In this document: positions 39,048-52,846 of the stretch, in pieces | Layout of the letters: the number at the start of each line of letters is the position of its first letter | Numbering within the stretch: position 1 is the first letter of the stretch | Source of the DNA: Vicugna vicugna | Lineage: Eukaryota | NCBI GenBank assembly: GCA_013265495.1 | Contig: MU058844.1 | Location: forward strand, 11,554,184 to 11,618,183 | Direction of reading: 5' to 3' | DNA: 64,000 bases | Notes under the pieces: generated by a model | Database searches by the model: none | What the model saw: only the letters and a program-made list of their open reading frames with translations | What the model was told of the DNA's origin: nothing | Made by a program: the position numbers and the translations under genes

Positions 39048-41399
39048 CTGTAAAATAAAAAAAGGAAAAAGAATTGAACTATAAACAATTAAGTGTCAAT
39101 TCGTTCCACAAGTTTAAATGAATAAAATTATGTTGTGCATTTAAAATGTTATTTTGGTCTAACATAAGAATATAGTAAAATACATGACATTATCAAATTA
39201 AAATAGTAAAAACAGAAACCTTTAGAGTGGTAAATGAATATTTCTTTATATACAAACCATATGATATTTTAAAAATACAGGTTATATGACTTATGGATTT
39301 ATAATATGTCTTAAAAGCAAAGTATAGAATTAAAAGAGAGAGTGACCCTCAGATCCAGAACATAAACATCAAAAACAAAATAATTATAAAAGTATACTCT
39401 AAAACAAGGTGAGTGCAGAAAACAATAAAAGAGTGGATTTTTTTTTCATATAGACCAAAGGAATGTACTCCATAAAATTATAGAGATTTTTAGCCAAGAC
39501 GTAGGAGTCAGACTTTATTCTGTGATTTAAGATCACAAGGAATGCCAAATAAAACTAGAGAAAAATATTGTACTGCACTGATAACCACAGAAAATCTCCT
39601 TATTAGTTTCTATGTTTACTTTTCCTAATGATTATTAAATAAGTTTATTGGGCTGTGAGTCAGCAAAACACTAAAACACCCAGGTGGCAAAAGTGGCTGA
39701 CAGGATATGCAGATTATGGAAATGAGGACCGTGGTAGGACCTCAAGGGATGTTTTGGCTTCAGTTGCAGAAAACTCCTAGCTCTGTTTTTCTTCTTTGCA
39801 TTGGGTTGCAAAATGCCAGAAAATGAGTTATGTGTGTCATTACATTTGGGAAGCTCCCTCATTCTGGAAAAAGCTGAAGAATGTATAATATTGCTGAACA
39901 TTAGAAGTCTGCTCATTGCCTTGAGCAGATCCAACGCTGAAAAACAATCTCCTATCTCTTCTTTTGGGACATTTCCTTATTAATTGATGCAGAAGTACAT
40001 GAACCACTTCCTATCTCTTCTTATCCTCCAGAAAACATAACATAAAACAAAGTAAAATAACTCTCAGGATATTTTTTTATGCATAAGCATCTCTTTTAAA
40101 CTGAATTTGTCTTTCCTATATTTCCTCTATTCTTAAAAATATATATATAGTTAGTAAAACAGTGGTTAAAGAATAGCATGGTCAACTAGCAGAATCCTAA
40201 TAGCCTTTATGAGAAAACTATGTCTTAAAAATAAACGCTAACATAAAACTTTAATGTTTTACATCTCTACTTTCCTTTCGTAAGTGAAGATTTACTATTT
40301 TAAAATTATAATAATTTCAAGGTTTCATATAGAGTTTGCTTTTTGAATCAGACATAGCAAAGGAATTTTAAGATAAAGATTTCATAGATCAAAAGAAAGC
40401 TGGAGGTCGTTTGTCTTGAGACATATGGCAAGATTAACTAAGAGTATTTGGTTTCCCCCAAATTTTGCGTATTTGCTGCCAGTTTATTCTGTCCAAATCC
40501 TGCTGGTAGGCTTGCTGGGACGATATAAAATTGATGTTCAATAAGTAATTTCTGTATTTTTAAAAAGCAATGTATGCTATTTAAAAAAAATAGTCAAGAA
40601 AGACATCCATCACATTTTTTCATTAAAAACCCTGAATAAGTTACATGCATTAGTCATATGCATCACCATTACATGTTAATTCTATATATACTATGTACTA
40701 TGTAGAATGACTTTCTTTTTGCTGATTTTTTCAGAACTATCTTTCTTTTTAACCTTTGCCTTCTTTCATACCCTGAGGCTAGCAACACTGGGTAGGTGTC
40801 ACTATAAAGTTGAAGCAATGAGCCAGAATGTTAACAGTCTATTTCTTTCAGCGGGTTAGGCATGGGATTGATGACGTCATGATGGCATATGATTACTTGC
40901 CATTTTTAAATGTTGATTTTGAAGTTGGCCCAATATCTTCAAGGATGGTAAATAACATAAAACCCTTTGCCTAAATAAAAATATATTAGATATTCTTTAA
41001 TCTGCAAGCTATTACTCAGCCATTCATTCACCCAAACTCGCTAGTTAAAAAAAATTACTTTAGTGTTACCTATGTGTTAGGAAATATGCTAAAAGGATCC
41101 CCAACGAATTAACCATGGTCCTTGTTCTTATTAAACCAATACAAAATAGAGACCACGTATGAAACTGGTTCAATAAAAATTTTAATATACAGCAAATCAG
41201 AAAACATTTATTGCAAGGATCAAAAATTTATATGTTTCACAGGAATAGACATATAAAAAATAAAAAGAGCCCTAAAAAAAATCACACAGCCTTCTTAGGC
41301 TTTATTTTATTTCCCCACTTATCATAAAGATAACGAGGAGGATTTCTCTTCTACGAGAAATGCAACAGCACAATAATAACTAACAACAAACTGGCTTCA

Positions 41400-41708
41400 G
41401 TGTCAGGGAGAGAAAAATTGGTGGATACTGGGTCTGGCCTGAGACGACACACCACCTAAAAGGGGTGATGCCAGGTGACTAGAAACCTGCAGGAATCTCA
41501 TTTCCCTGTTGCTAGACATTCCGATTACTTTAAAAAGGAACATGGAAATTTGAATTTTTAGGTAAAACTTCAGATTTCACAGTGTTGGCTTGGATTTAGG
41601 GTCTGTATCATTACATAATTGTTGGCCTACAAACTCTAAATTTGCCAAAGGTAACATCTCGGCATGTCAGATTGGGTCTGTGATTTCCAACCAGTTTGTA
41701 ACTTCTCT
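41400..41708 (-). mobile_element. hAT-Charlie MITE (MER102-like), degraded
   Basis: tgttgctagacattccgatt...ggaaatttgaatttttaggtaaaacttcagattt...ccagtttgtaacttct resembles reverse MER102 as I recall it. Confidence 0.5.
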
Positions 41709-42919
41709 CAATCTTTCTGCTCAAAAATCCTATAAGGTGATTTACTTAGCTTTATAACAAGACACTTTAAAAAATTTTACCAAATTGTAATTGGTACAGA
41801 TTTCAAAAGTTAAAATTGGTAGAGATTTCAAAAGTTGAAAGGGTCCTTTCAAGTGGCTTTGCTAGATTGGTAATTTTGCAGGTAAATGTTCTTTGCAACA
41901 AGTCATCTTTGTTAGTTCAATATTTTTAATCAAAACTTACGATTCCATAAGTTGCATAAATGATGGTGTTAAACACTGTTTATACCCATGGTTAGCAAGA
42001 GCAATATTTTGCCTAATGATGGTACATAGGGTCTAAAAGTCCTCTATAAAAAGAATCTTATTTTTCCTAAACCCTTTAATTTTTTGATGAAGGAATACCA
42101 TGCACAATTGTGTTAGGTGTACATCATGTAATTTCCAAAGGGGAAATTCACAAAGACTATGATATAAATGGTACTCCCTAGAACCACGCAATTTACAATG
42201 TTCTGTAATTTATGGAATATAACGACCCTGATCTTCTTTAATTATTGCAGAAATCCCTTGGGACAGATAGGATAGGTCTGAGCTGTTCACCAACTTTACG
42301 TAACAGGTATAGCTGAAAGAAATTCACCAACTAGCCTGATGTCACACAATAATTACTGAGAGAGTCAGGCAAAGACATAAATCAAGTGAATCTTTATCTG
42401 GAGTCCTTAAGGAGGAATGAAAAAAATGATAAACTGATTTTTCACTTCATGGTTTAAAAAGCACTTTCACAGATACCTTTTCATTGCCATTTGAATCAGT
42501 GCACGATAACAGGGGACTGGAGAGAGAATCACTCCTCATCTTTGATTTTTCTCTTGATTACGCCTCCAAATATGCATTTATTTGAATTGTCTCACCACAG
42601 GCTGTCAGTTCAAGCATGTAATTCACATCATTTCCAGTATCACTATTTAAATTTCCTAATTTCCTAATAATATCCCCTCTGCATGTATTTTGATCACCTA
42701 ATTCATTCTTTTACACTTAACATTAGGGTCTGTGTCATTATATAAATGTTGGCCTATAACTATGTGTATACAGTCTCTTTATTTTAATCTCTGTTCACAT
42801 CTCATATTGTACTCAACACAATACTTACAATTGAGGCTTTCTAATTGTCCTTATCATTTTGACATCTGCTCCTATAAACCAGTAATTTTTAAAATTTACT
42901 TCCTTTGTTTCCTATAACC

Positions 42920-43099
42920 CTGCAATATCCAATAGAGTAGCCACTAGGCACATGTGTCTACTTAAATTTAAATTAATTAAAATCAGTTCCTCTTTCATAC
43001 CATTCACACTACAAATACTCAACCACATGTGGCTGGTGGTTGCTGCATTCGATAGTACAGGTATATTTTTGTTATCACAGAATGGTCTGTCGGACTGTG
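42920..43099 (-). mobile_element. MER3 hAT-Charlie MITE
   Basis: Inverted-repeat core: tccaatagagtagccactaggcacatgtg...aaatttaaattaattaaaa...ccacatgtggctggtggttgc. Confidence 0.75.
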
Positions 43100-43352
43100 G
43101 TATATACTAATTAGCCACCTGCTTTTCCTCAACCCATGCTCTTTTTCTTCTTGAGTTTTTCTCGGGCTTCATGAAGGTAGTTTTTTATCCAAATGTTGTT
43201 TCTGTATATATTTAAAATATGATCATAACAATGCTGCATCTTTTGAAGTTATATAGAGACTTCAATGACAGGGGTTTAAGCCAGACTACATCTCCCTACA
43301 AGCAGTGGCCCTGGACCAACAGGAGGAATATTATGCCTCCACACAGTTTTTT

Positions 43353-43377
43353 TGTGTGTGTGTGTGTGTGTGTGTGT
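43353..43377. repeat. (TG)n microsatellite
   Basis: About 12 TG units after a T run. Confidence 0.9.
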
Positions 43378-43935
43378 TTTCCCAGCACATTTTTACATTT
43401 CTCATGTCTTTATCTATTTGCCTAAAACAGTAGATTTATCTAAATACTAACAGTGATATATAGACTTTACTGCTAATTTTATAGATTTGGTTGGCAATCT
43501 TAATCATTAAAAGGAGAAATGACAAGAAAAATATTGCCTCTACCAATGATAGTATGATCTTGAGTAACTCTCTAAGGCATTTTTATTGTCTAAAGCAGTA
43601 AATATAAAAAGAGGGCCGATTCATTTTTAACTTAATGAAAATGAGCCAAAAAATGATGATTGCCCTTAATGCTTTATTAATCAGTGATAACTGAGGCTTT
43701 AAATTTTCCATGAACTTTTCAATACAGGGTCAAGGATTATTCACAGTACTCAAGCCTCAGTGAGAGTCATAAACTAAAATGTTCTTCACTCTTACCTAGG
43801 ATGAAGGAACCCTCTTATAAAACATAACTTCCTATAGATTTTTTTTTGGAAAAAGATGAAATTATAATAAGTGCACAGAAAAGTCACTTTGGTAAAAACA
43901 AAGTATAACTTCACACATGGGAAAATAAGCTGATA

Positions 43936-44358
43936 CAGCCAGAAAGAGAAAGAAAAATACCACATGATATCACTTACATGTGGAATCTACAAAAAAAAAA
44001 GACACAAATGAACTTATTTACAAAACTTAGACTCACAGACATAGAAAACAAACTTATGGTTACCAGAGGGGAAGGGGGATAGGGAGGGATAAATTGGGAA
44101 TTCAGGATTTATAGATAATAACTACTGTATATAAAATAGATAAACAACAAGGTCCTACTGTATAGCACAGAGAACTACATTCAATATCTTGTAATGGCCT
44201 ATAATGAAAAAGAATATGAAAAGGAATATATATATACACACACATATATATACATAAACATATGTATGACTGAATCATTATGTTATATACCAGAAATTAA
44301 CACACTGTAAATTGACTATACTTCAATAATAAAAAATTAAAAAAAATAAAAAATAAAA
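43936..44358 (+). mobile_element. Artiodactyl-type L1 3' end fragment
   Basis: atgatatcacttacatgtggaatct...aaacttatggttaccagagggg...ggtcctactgtatagcacag...ctatacttcaat then an A tail. Closely similar to 61711-62199. Confidence 0.9.
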
Positions 44359-44726
44359 TGGAGAAAGCAGCATACAACAATCACCAGTCATGGCTCAGAG
44401 AAGCCAACACAGAAAAGTGGTCAACATTATAAGATTACAGTGGAGCACAGTACATGGTTTCAGGGATTCTGAGTCATACCCCATCAATTTATGAAGTTCA
44501 GTTCCCCATCCACTCACTGATTATAATGAGCACATACAAGTCAAGTGGAAGTACTTATGAATGAGCCATAGAAGGGCTGGTAGAGCATCTCCCATCTTAT
44601 CAGGGCTGCAGTAGCTTGGAGCACACCCTCGTCTCACCGTGCAACTGCTGTGCTAACGTCAACCTATCTAACCTATCCATGTGCGTGCTTGGCAAAAGCA
44701 GTTTTTTCTTAGCAGCCAACACTTAC

Positions 44727-44779
44727 CGTAGAGTAAAGAGAAGATGTGCTGGAGACCAGAGATAATGAAGAGCCGTGAA
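44727..44779 (-). CDS. NAV3: NAV3 coding exon (53 nt): (V)HGSSLSLVSSTSSLYST
   Basis: Acceptor ctttcttcag|TT and donor ACG|gtaagt. Conserved navigator peptide. Phase 1 to 0. Confidence 0.95.
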
Positions 44780-45219
44780 CTGAAGAAAGGCAAAAAAAAG
44801 AACAAGAGTTGAAATAATGAAGTCTGCTCAGAACCACCAGGCCTGAAGAACAGGTGGCTAAGGAGATAAAATGACAGTGAGATATATGCATGAGAACAAG
44901 TCCACTGTCATTTTTTTACAGACTCAGATACTGAGACATGGGAAGGTCCCACACCTGTCCCCTAAAGCACCTCCTGCATTGTGTTACAGAGAGTTGACCA
45001 GCTGACATCCTTGCAGCATGCTCTGTGCATACTGAAAACCAGAGTCAACTCCCACGCACAAAATAATCAGAAAGTCAGGGACACCTAAAGTTGCCATGAG
45101 AGTTTAAACTTTTAAAAAACTTCAAGTATTGATTTATTTAATCTCATTTTTATACAACAAAGGTCCAGAACAGTTCTTCCTCTTTTCTTTGAGGGGTAAT
45201 ATAGTTATTTCTGCTTATT

Positions 45220-45500
45220 CATCCATTAAATAAACATCATTCAAGTTCACACAGTGTGATAAGCCCTTGCTAGATTCCGGGAGTATAAAATTGAATGTCA
45301 TAATCCTAGGAGCTCAAAAAGAAGTAGAAAGGTACATAACTAAAAAGATAATCACAAAAGGACCGTATAAATGGTATCAAGAGCAATGTATTGGTCACAA
45401 GAGAACACGGGGGAGGGAGTGCTTATGACCTGGTCTGGAGAGGCCTGGGAAAGCTGGGGAGGGTCATGTAGCGCCGATGAAAAGAAAGGGGTGAATTTGA
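45220..45500 (-). mobile_element. L2 3' fragment
   Basis: Antisense L2 tail-like text: ttattcatccattaaataaacat...tgctagattccgggagtataaa...cctaggagctcaaa. Confidence 0.5.
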
Positions 45501-47382
45501 GATCCACCAGGAAGAACCTCTTTAAAAGGGATGTGGGTCAAAAGAGGAATGAGGTACGTATGACTCCCAGCTTCCTAGCTTGAGCAAATCACTCTGTGAA
45601 ATATGGAAAATGTTAGTTGTACTTAAAAAAAAAAAAAGCACATTCTTTAACCTCTAATAACACCGGTGTGAACGCAGAGTGTCAGTGTGGTGCACCGGAA
45701 GGAAGGTGGTGGATGAATCAGTAGATCCTATTTTCAGTCTTTTCCTGCTACTTACTATCTATAGGGCTATAACCTTAACGTTTATGGTTCAGGCTCCTAA
45801 CCTGTCACTATGAGCACCTGGCAGGGCATCAGTTAAGTTCCTTCCGTCTCTCTGCCCAGTAATGCCTTGATTTTAGACCATCATTTAAGAATCACAATAG
45901 TTCAGTATTCAATGCATAGACATCAAAAAGCCATCTTGCCCACGGAGGCTGGCTTTCAACAGCTCAGACGATTTAATCTTAATACATGGAAGGCAAGAAT
46001 CTCCCAGCATATTAAAAGCATTATCTCTGCAAATGAGGCACTCTAGAAAGCCATCAGTATGCTGAACAAATAATTTCTCCAGTATTATAAGAACCCTGTT
46101 TGTGAAGAAAATGCTAGAACCATTTCAGAAAAGCAACAATGTTACATTTCAAATGAGTTATATCTTGCCTACACTTGCAGCAATCAGCAGGCTCTCACCA
46201 TCTGTCACAGTGAATTCAGTGGTTTGGTTAATATCCCAAAAGGCAGTGGCGACTCTAGTCAACGGATTTAGGGCCAAGCATGTTAAATGTACAGTGGTGA
46301 CCTGAAGACCAGGAGTCAACTTTCACAGCTGCCTAAATTTTAATCAGAAGGTACTTTAAATAAGAAGGTTGGAAGAGGGAAGAGAAAGGAACAGAGCTAC
46401 TCTTTTCAACCTGTGAAACTGCAGATACAGAAAGCAGGGCTCAAACAGTTATGAAACTTGTTCAAGTTCATATCACAAATAAATGGATGACTAGAGGTTT
46501 AAACTCTGGTATGTTTCAAGATCTAGAGTCCTTTCTTTTACACGGACTCATGAAGGACTAGGATAGAACGGTTCATCACATATCTGATTTTATTCTCATC
46601 TATTCGAACTTCTATGTTTACTTTTATTTTATCCTTGGCTGACAGGCTCTATAATATGTGTACTACAGTTTTCCTTTGTGGGTACTTGTAAATCATTCAT
46701 TAAATCAAAGACGAAAAAGCTCTCAAATATTTCTATTCGACATGTGAAGTTATACCGTTCAGAAAATAATACACATTTGAAAATCCATTAAGCCTCCAAA
46801 ATTTTTCGAAGAGTTTTTATTACAGACTTTTCACATAGACCTTTACAACCAAAAAGGTATTTATTAGGCCAGGTGAGAATTCTATTGTAATGGATAAGGA
46901 AATGTAACTTGGAAATCAAAAAGTAGCACCATATGAATTCTAAAATGATATGATCATAAAAGCTAAGACCAGAGAGGGTTTCTGAGAATAAAAGTCGGCA
47001 GCATGTGGTTGTCTCATAAGAGAATTCTTCCTGGTTTATGTATCTTTCATGGTTTCTTAACTGAAGTGTCAAACAAAGCATTCACTCTGGTATTTGGCAC
47101 ACCTGTGAAGTTATGCAGATTTCTGTATGAGAACGCCGGGTTTATACTGAGCTGTTCTACAGCCAGGTATTAACTTTAAATACTGTCGGGCGTATTTCCA
47201 AATGCAGAATGAAACAGAAGGTAATGCAGACTAAAACTTCTTCCAGCTTCAGGGCTCCCCAGATGCGAGTTCTAGTCACTCACTCATTTACTCTCGAGGG
47301 AATGTCTGTGACGTGAATGATGTGGTAGTTTTCACGTCTGAGTTAACAGAAGCAACTGTATTCTCCCCCACCCCACGCCTAC

Positions 47383-47571
47383 CTTCTTCCATGCTGTCCC
47401 TGAATGAGCCCGAATGGCTGATGGCCCGTGGCCTCTCCTCCAGAGATGTGGCACTCCCACAGAGCTGGGCGTCGTCATAGAGATCAAAGGAGGAATCCTG
47501 GGCTGGGATGCTGTTGGAGCGCATCATGCTCGGCCCCGGAAGGTTAAACTGAGACAGACTGGTTGGGCTCA
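47383..47571 (-). CDS. NAV3: NAV3 coding exon (189 nt): (V)SPTSLSQFNLPGPSMMRSNSIPAQDSSFDLYDDAQLCGSATSLEERPRAISHSGSFRDSMEE
   Basis: Acceptor gttttccag|TG and donor AAG|gtaggc. Phase 1 to 1. Confidence 0.96.
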
Positions 47572-50500
47572 CTGGAAAACAAAGCACACATAGCCCGTTA
47601 GTTCAGGGCTCTGAAATTTTCAGTAGCAGTTATCACGGAGTGCCTCCCCCTTTTTTTTCCCCCTAGCACTTTCATGGCAAGCAGTATGTCAATTTCTAAA
47701 GCAACAGTGAACAAAACCATCAAATCACCACTACTGATTTTGCTAGAAATAACATGGTATTCCCTCTGGCCATTATGAAGAAAAGATTTGTCTTCCTGGA
47801 GTCTGCACATTTCTTTATTTCCAGGAAAATATATCAATTTAAAGGGAAAAGCAAAAGAGAAAGGGACATAAAATACAAGAAATCTAAATTTCCCAGGAAG
47901 AAACTTCTGCAGCTTCCAGGCTATGACTTTCAGTCGTTTTGAGTTCTAAATTTTTGTCAGTTCATGGTTACTACCATCATTATCAGAGTTAGGTTATAAT
48001 AGAGAAAAATAAAAATTATCTTTAAATGAACTACAATGTTGTGTACATGGTATCTGTAACTCATCATAAGGTTAATCACATAAAACTACTTTCTACTGTG
48101 TCTAAGATCAGAAAGCTGTGGTGAGACTGTCAAGAGTCACAAACCTGTGTTTCCAAAGTGGTACACTGAGTCTGTAATTTGAAATATGAATTTATTTACC
48201 TAGTGCCTATTCACAAATGGTTCTGATGACACTCAGCTTTTTAGGCCAACTGATAATCATCAATTCAAAGAAAGATGCAGCTGACTGAATGTGCTATCCC
48301 ATTGGAACACAATACTGGTTAAAAATTTGGAATAAAAGCAAAGCAGAAAATGTAAGAAATAGATTTATCATAAGTGCTATGTTTAAGAAAAGCAAGTTGG
48401 TACAGGTACATGAGGACGCAGCCAGGAATCTCTTAAGATATGAAGAGAACTGGTGGGTTCTTTCAAAACCTTGGGGAATTCATGCCTTTGGCTTAGAATC
48501 AATCTGACATCATTTCAAAATAATGGTTTTTTTTTTCTTTGACACAGGCACTTCATTTCTTAATGTAATTACTGGATCTCAGAACAACGTAAAATAGGAG
48601 GAATATATACTATGAGACAACTTAAGGAGAGTATCTCCTAGTTGCCAGGCACTCTGCTGGCTATTTCACGGGTATGAATGAATTAATGCACAGAATAACT
48701 CTCTGATAGAGCTAGTTACAAACTGGAGTAAAGGAAGAGCAAGAAAAGAAACAAAAGACTAAGAATTGTATCCATGTGTGTTTATTGTGACATATAATAA
48801 AAAAAAAAAAAGAGAAAGAAACCATGGATTTGCAAAGTCTGCAACCCATTGGAAGCAGGGAAAAAAGAAGAGAAAGAAGGAAAGAAGGGAGAACAAGAAA
48901 GAGTTAGAGAGAGATTTTTCAGGCACCTTCCTTGAGCCAGCAGTGACCAGTTCATGATGGCTGAGGATGGCCCATGGATACATTCTGGACTTGAATATTT
49001 ACACTTACGGTACCTGGATTGAAGTCGTTCAACCATTCCAGGTCTGCAGTATGAACTGACTTTTTGCCAAACAAATGAAGTGTCGAACACATTTGCAAGT
49101 ACATCATTTTAATATATGTACTTAGAGGTTAGAAGGACAATTCATTCACTGTTTGGCTTTGCACAATTTTTACTAAAATAATTGCAGAGACATCCAAGTA
49201 AAGTGTCTTTCTGTAATTTCAAAACAGCACTTAGCTGGTTCAAAGTAAAATAGTAGTGAGGATTAGGGTGGATTTTAAAGGGAGCAGTTTGCATTTATAA
49301 GCACTTCTGATAGCTTCTCCGTTGGAAATATATGCATACTATTTAAGAACGATCAATTAGCTAAAATCTATGACAGGTTTGCTTTTTTGGTATTGTGGTT
49401 GGATAGAAAGATAGATATAGCAAGATCTCTGACTTCAAGAATGGCCTCTAGGGGAGATGATTGAAAGGTGAAGTTAATAATGCAAAATAGACCAAGAAAA
49501 GTTATATAATAGAAGACAAAACTTTGTCATAATATGACAAAGAAAATTTCTGTAATGGGACACAAATTAGTACAGGGCTTCTGGTGGCGCCTTTGCTTTC
49601 TATTTGCTTTAGGCAAATATCCCAAGCTCTACCCTTCAATTTCTTCATGAATTAAGAAACAATAGCAGAATTAATGGCCTCTAAGATCCATTCAAAGCCA
49701 GGAGATACGTAAAAATGTCTCAACAAAAGAGAGATATGTGTGACAATCTATTAGGGAAAAGAGGGCTACTGATTTTGTCTTAAATTATATTGCATACCAC
49801 AGCCACGGTTTTCATTAATTATATGTTTATCTGTGGTACTTTGAGGAGAACAGGGACTGAAAGAAATAAGAAGTGGGTTTTTAAATACCTCCAAGTCGCT
49901 CCCTGATTTTGCTACCATATCTAGACATATTCGGGAGTTGATGGTATTGTTTTAAGAAGAGTTGTCATATGGAATCTGATTTTAACTTATTTTGTGGAAT
50001 TTGGGAATATAACTAGGAACTAGGTGGAGATTCAGGAAGTTTTTATTTGATCATTTAAAGAACTTCAAAAAATGTAATATATCTAGTTCAGGCAGTTTCT
50101 CTCATTGATAGGTTTAGAGAAGACGCTAGAGCTGTCATAAGAATTGACATAACAGAGGAAAGACTGAGATACAGGTCTGTTCCAACTCTGGGATTCTGTG
50201 CGTCCGTGAAGATAGAAGAGAGGGCTTAATTCTGAACAGTGTGAAGGTGAATTTGGAGAGGGCAGTAGAAAGGCATTTAAGGTGGAGGAACCCTTGGGAG
50301 TAACAGCACATGAATTTCCCATACAACGGTGCTTAAACATCACTCTGTATGCAAAAGGTTCATCAAATACACGGCATTTGAAAGTGACAGGTTGATAGTA
50401 ATGCTTCTACATGGTAACCCTTGGAGCAAGGTGAAAAATGAGTGTGAGCAGCTGTCATCACTCATGAGAACATGACAGTGAGTCTCACTAGGTTCAGAGA

Positions 50501-52846
50501 TGTCGAAAGGACTGTGACCAATAGTAAGTGAAATTTTATCCAAAACTTAATTTGTTTTACATAAGTTATAGTTCGATGTGCTTTCTTGGGTAGGGATGGT
50601 TTCTATGATAGCTTTCATGTAAGAAACTGGATACAAACCACAGTTAACTTCGGCAGTAGCTCACAGTAATCTACTAATAACAACATGATAGTAGTGATCT
50701 TAAACTTCTAATGTTTGTTATATATAATTTTTACAGTTATATTTCTAAAAAGTTTATGTATGGACATATTTTAATAGGTAAGGATAAAAAACATGAACAC
50801 TGCATCTCTTGAACATTAGTAATAATCACTGACCTTACTGATCATTCAGAAAAAATAATGATAAAATGGAAACAACTGACGACCAAAGGAAACTGTAGGA
50901 GGATGCTACCCATATTCGAGTTACATCTGACAGCTGCATTTGATGTATTTTTAAGTTTAATAATAAAATGACTTTTATGTACGGTAGCATTTTAACAGTG
51001 TCAGCTTTCTTGTCTAATAAGGATAAGTTCAGGTGATCTGGAAATACAGCCCAAACTCTTAAAAAATATTTTTCATGTTTTTCACATTAGTCATTTTTTT
51101 CTCTTGTAAAATCATACAGCATTGAGATCTCAGAACATCTGATTTGAATCCACAAATGCTTATAAAATGTGGGTAGGCACACGAGAGTGTGCTGATACGT
51201 ATGGGAAGGACTTTCTTCATAAGACCCACTGGATGAAATGTTGAGAGACGTAAGATTAGAGGCAGTAAGAACAGTTTGAAATCTGCCACAGTTGTCCCTG
51301 ACAGTGTAAGACATTTCATTCCAATAAAAATGATGATATAGCAGAGGCTAACAAGATTGATGCTCTCCTGAGTCTTGGTCACATTAGATGAGTCATTCCT
51401 CACTATGTAATCTAGGTAATACGTACCCATTCCACAGATGAGAACATTGAGGGTAAATGATCAGACATAGTAAGCAGTGAGTTTTTTCTTCACAAAAAAA
51501 AAATAGATTAGATAGATTGAATCAGAATAATAGCAATAGAGAAATAATGGGGTAAAGAGTCAAATATTCAAGTTAATGTCAGTGAATCAAAAGACTGACA
51601 GGTGACATGAGATAGCCAGCAAACTTAGCAAACTAGATGACATGGGTTTGATTCTAATGTTGTATAAAATTAGATTTTGTTTTATAACCGTATGACTCTA
51701 TAAAAACATTTTAAATTCATTTTGTGAAGTCAAACTTTTTAGCTTCCTGCTGTGTTTTATAACTGCAACTCAAAGCAAAAGCTACAGCATCCTTTACAAT
51801 TATGAGGCAAAGAAGTCTTATCTCTGTGTAAGTTTAGCAACAAAAACTTGGTGCCTGATGTATCTTCACTAGTACATATGAAACCATGAACAAAATAACT
51901 GTTTTTTCATTGCCCCAAACTCTCTTCTGTACAGCAGAAATAGTTACAATGGAAGAGAAATAGCCTGACTATCCCAACGGGGCAGAAAGTTGAAAAGTTC
52001 AAATTAGTAAAGAACTTGGACAGTCTGTTGATCCATGATTACAACAAATTTTTTTCAAGTGAAAAGAGAATAAATATTGGGACTACTTTATGTGACTTTG
52101 CAGAAAAGAAATCTATTTTTAAAAGCATTGGATCTATTAAAGGATAACTGGCATGTTTAGACTTTCATTATTTCATCACTCTCTTCCCTGTGTTTTCTAT
52201 GACATTTTTACAAATGATTTTATATTTCATATAAATTATGCTAAGCACAAAGTAACCCGATGGCTGAAATAGTCATTTTTTTTTTCCACTGCATTTATCC
52301 AAAAATGTTTACAGGGTACTACCTTAATAGGATTTCTCATATGCATCTTAAGGAGAGTTTTAATTTTCAAACAGTAAAAGAAGTAATTGTGAAGCCATGG
52401 AATCACGTACTTTATCTTCTTCTTAATTATTTCTATTTTTCTACGAAAAGGTAATTCATTCTCTTATAAACATGCAAAAAATTTAAACAGAAAATAAGGA
52501 GATGTTTTCCTAGTTTTTAAGAGGACTCTGAGAAAACCCCTAGGTTTAGCGTCAGGTGTTCTGGCATCAGTGAGCCTTTTTTTTTTAAGTCAAATAATCT
52601 CTTTGTGTCTCTGGATCCCAGACTATAAAATAATAATGGTCTTACCTATGTCAGCTTGTTGTCATGAGCAGTAAACTACAACATGTTTTGAAATTATTTA
52701 GTGGATAGTAAGCATCATACAAACAAAAGGTACTGCTATGGTTTCTTTTATCTCCTCTTCAAATGAATGATTTTCATAGAGAGATGCCAGGGGCGCTGGG
52801 AGAGTAGGTGATGAAAGGAACAAGATGAAATGGATGAATATTTTAC

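Noticed and set aside
41789..41838. 25-bp tandem duplication (similar short ones at about 13858-13912 and 18487-18511)
   Set aside because: Ordinary slippage duplications of two units only, without spacers. Not a CRISPR-like array.
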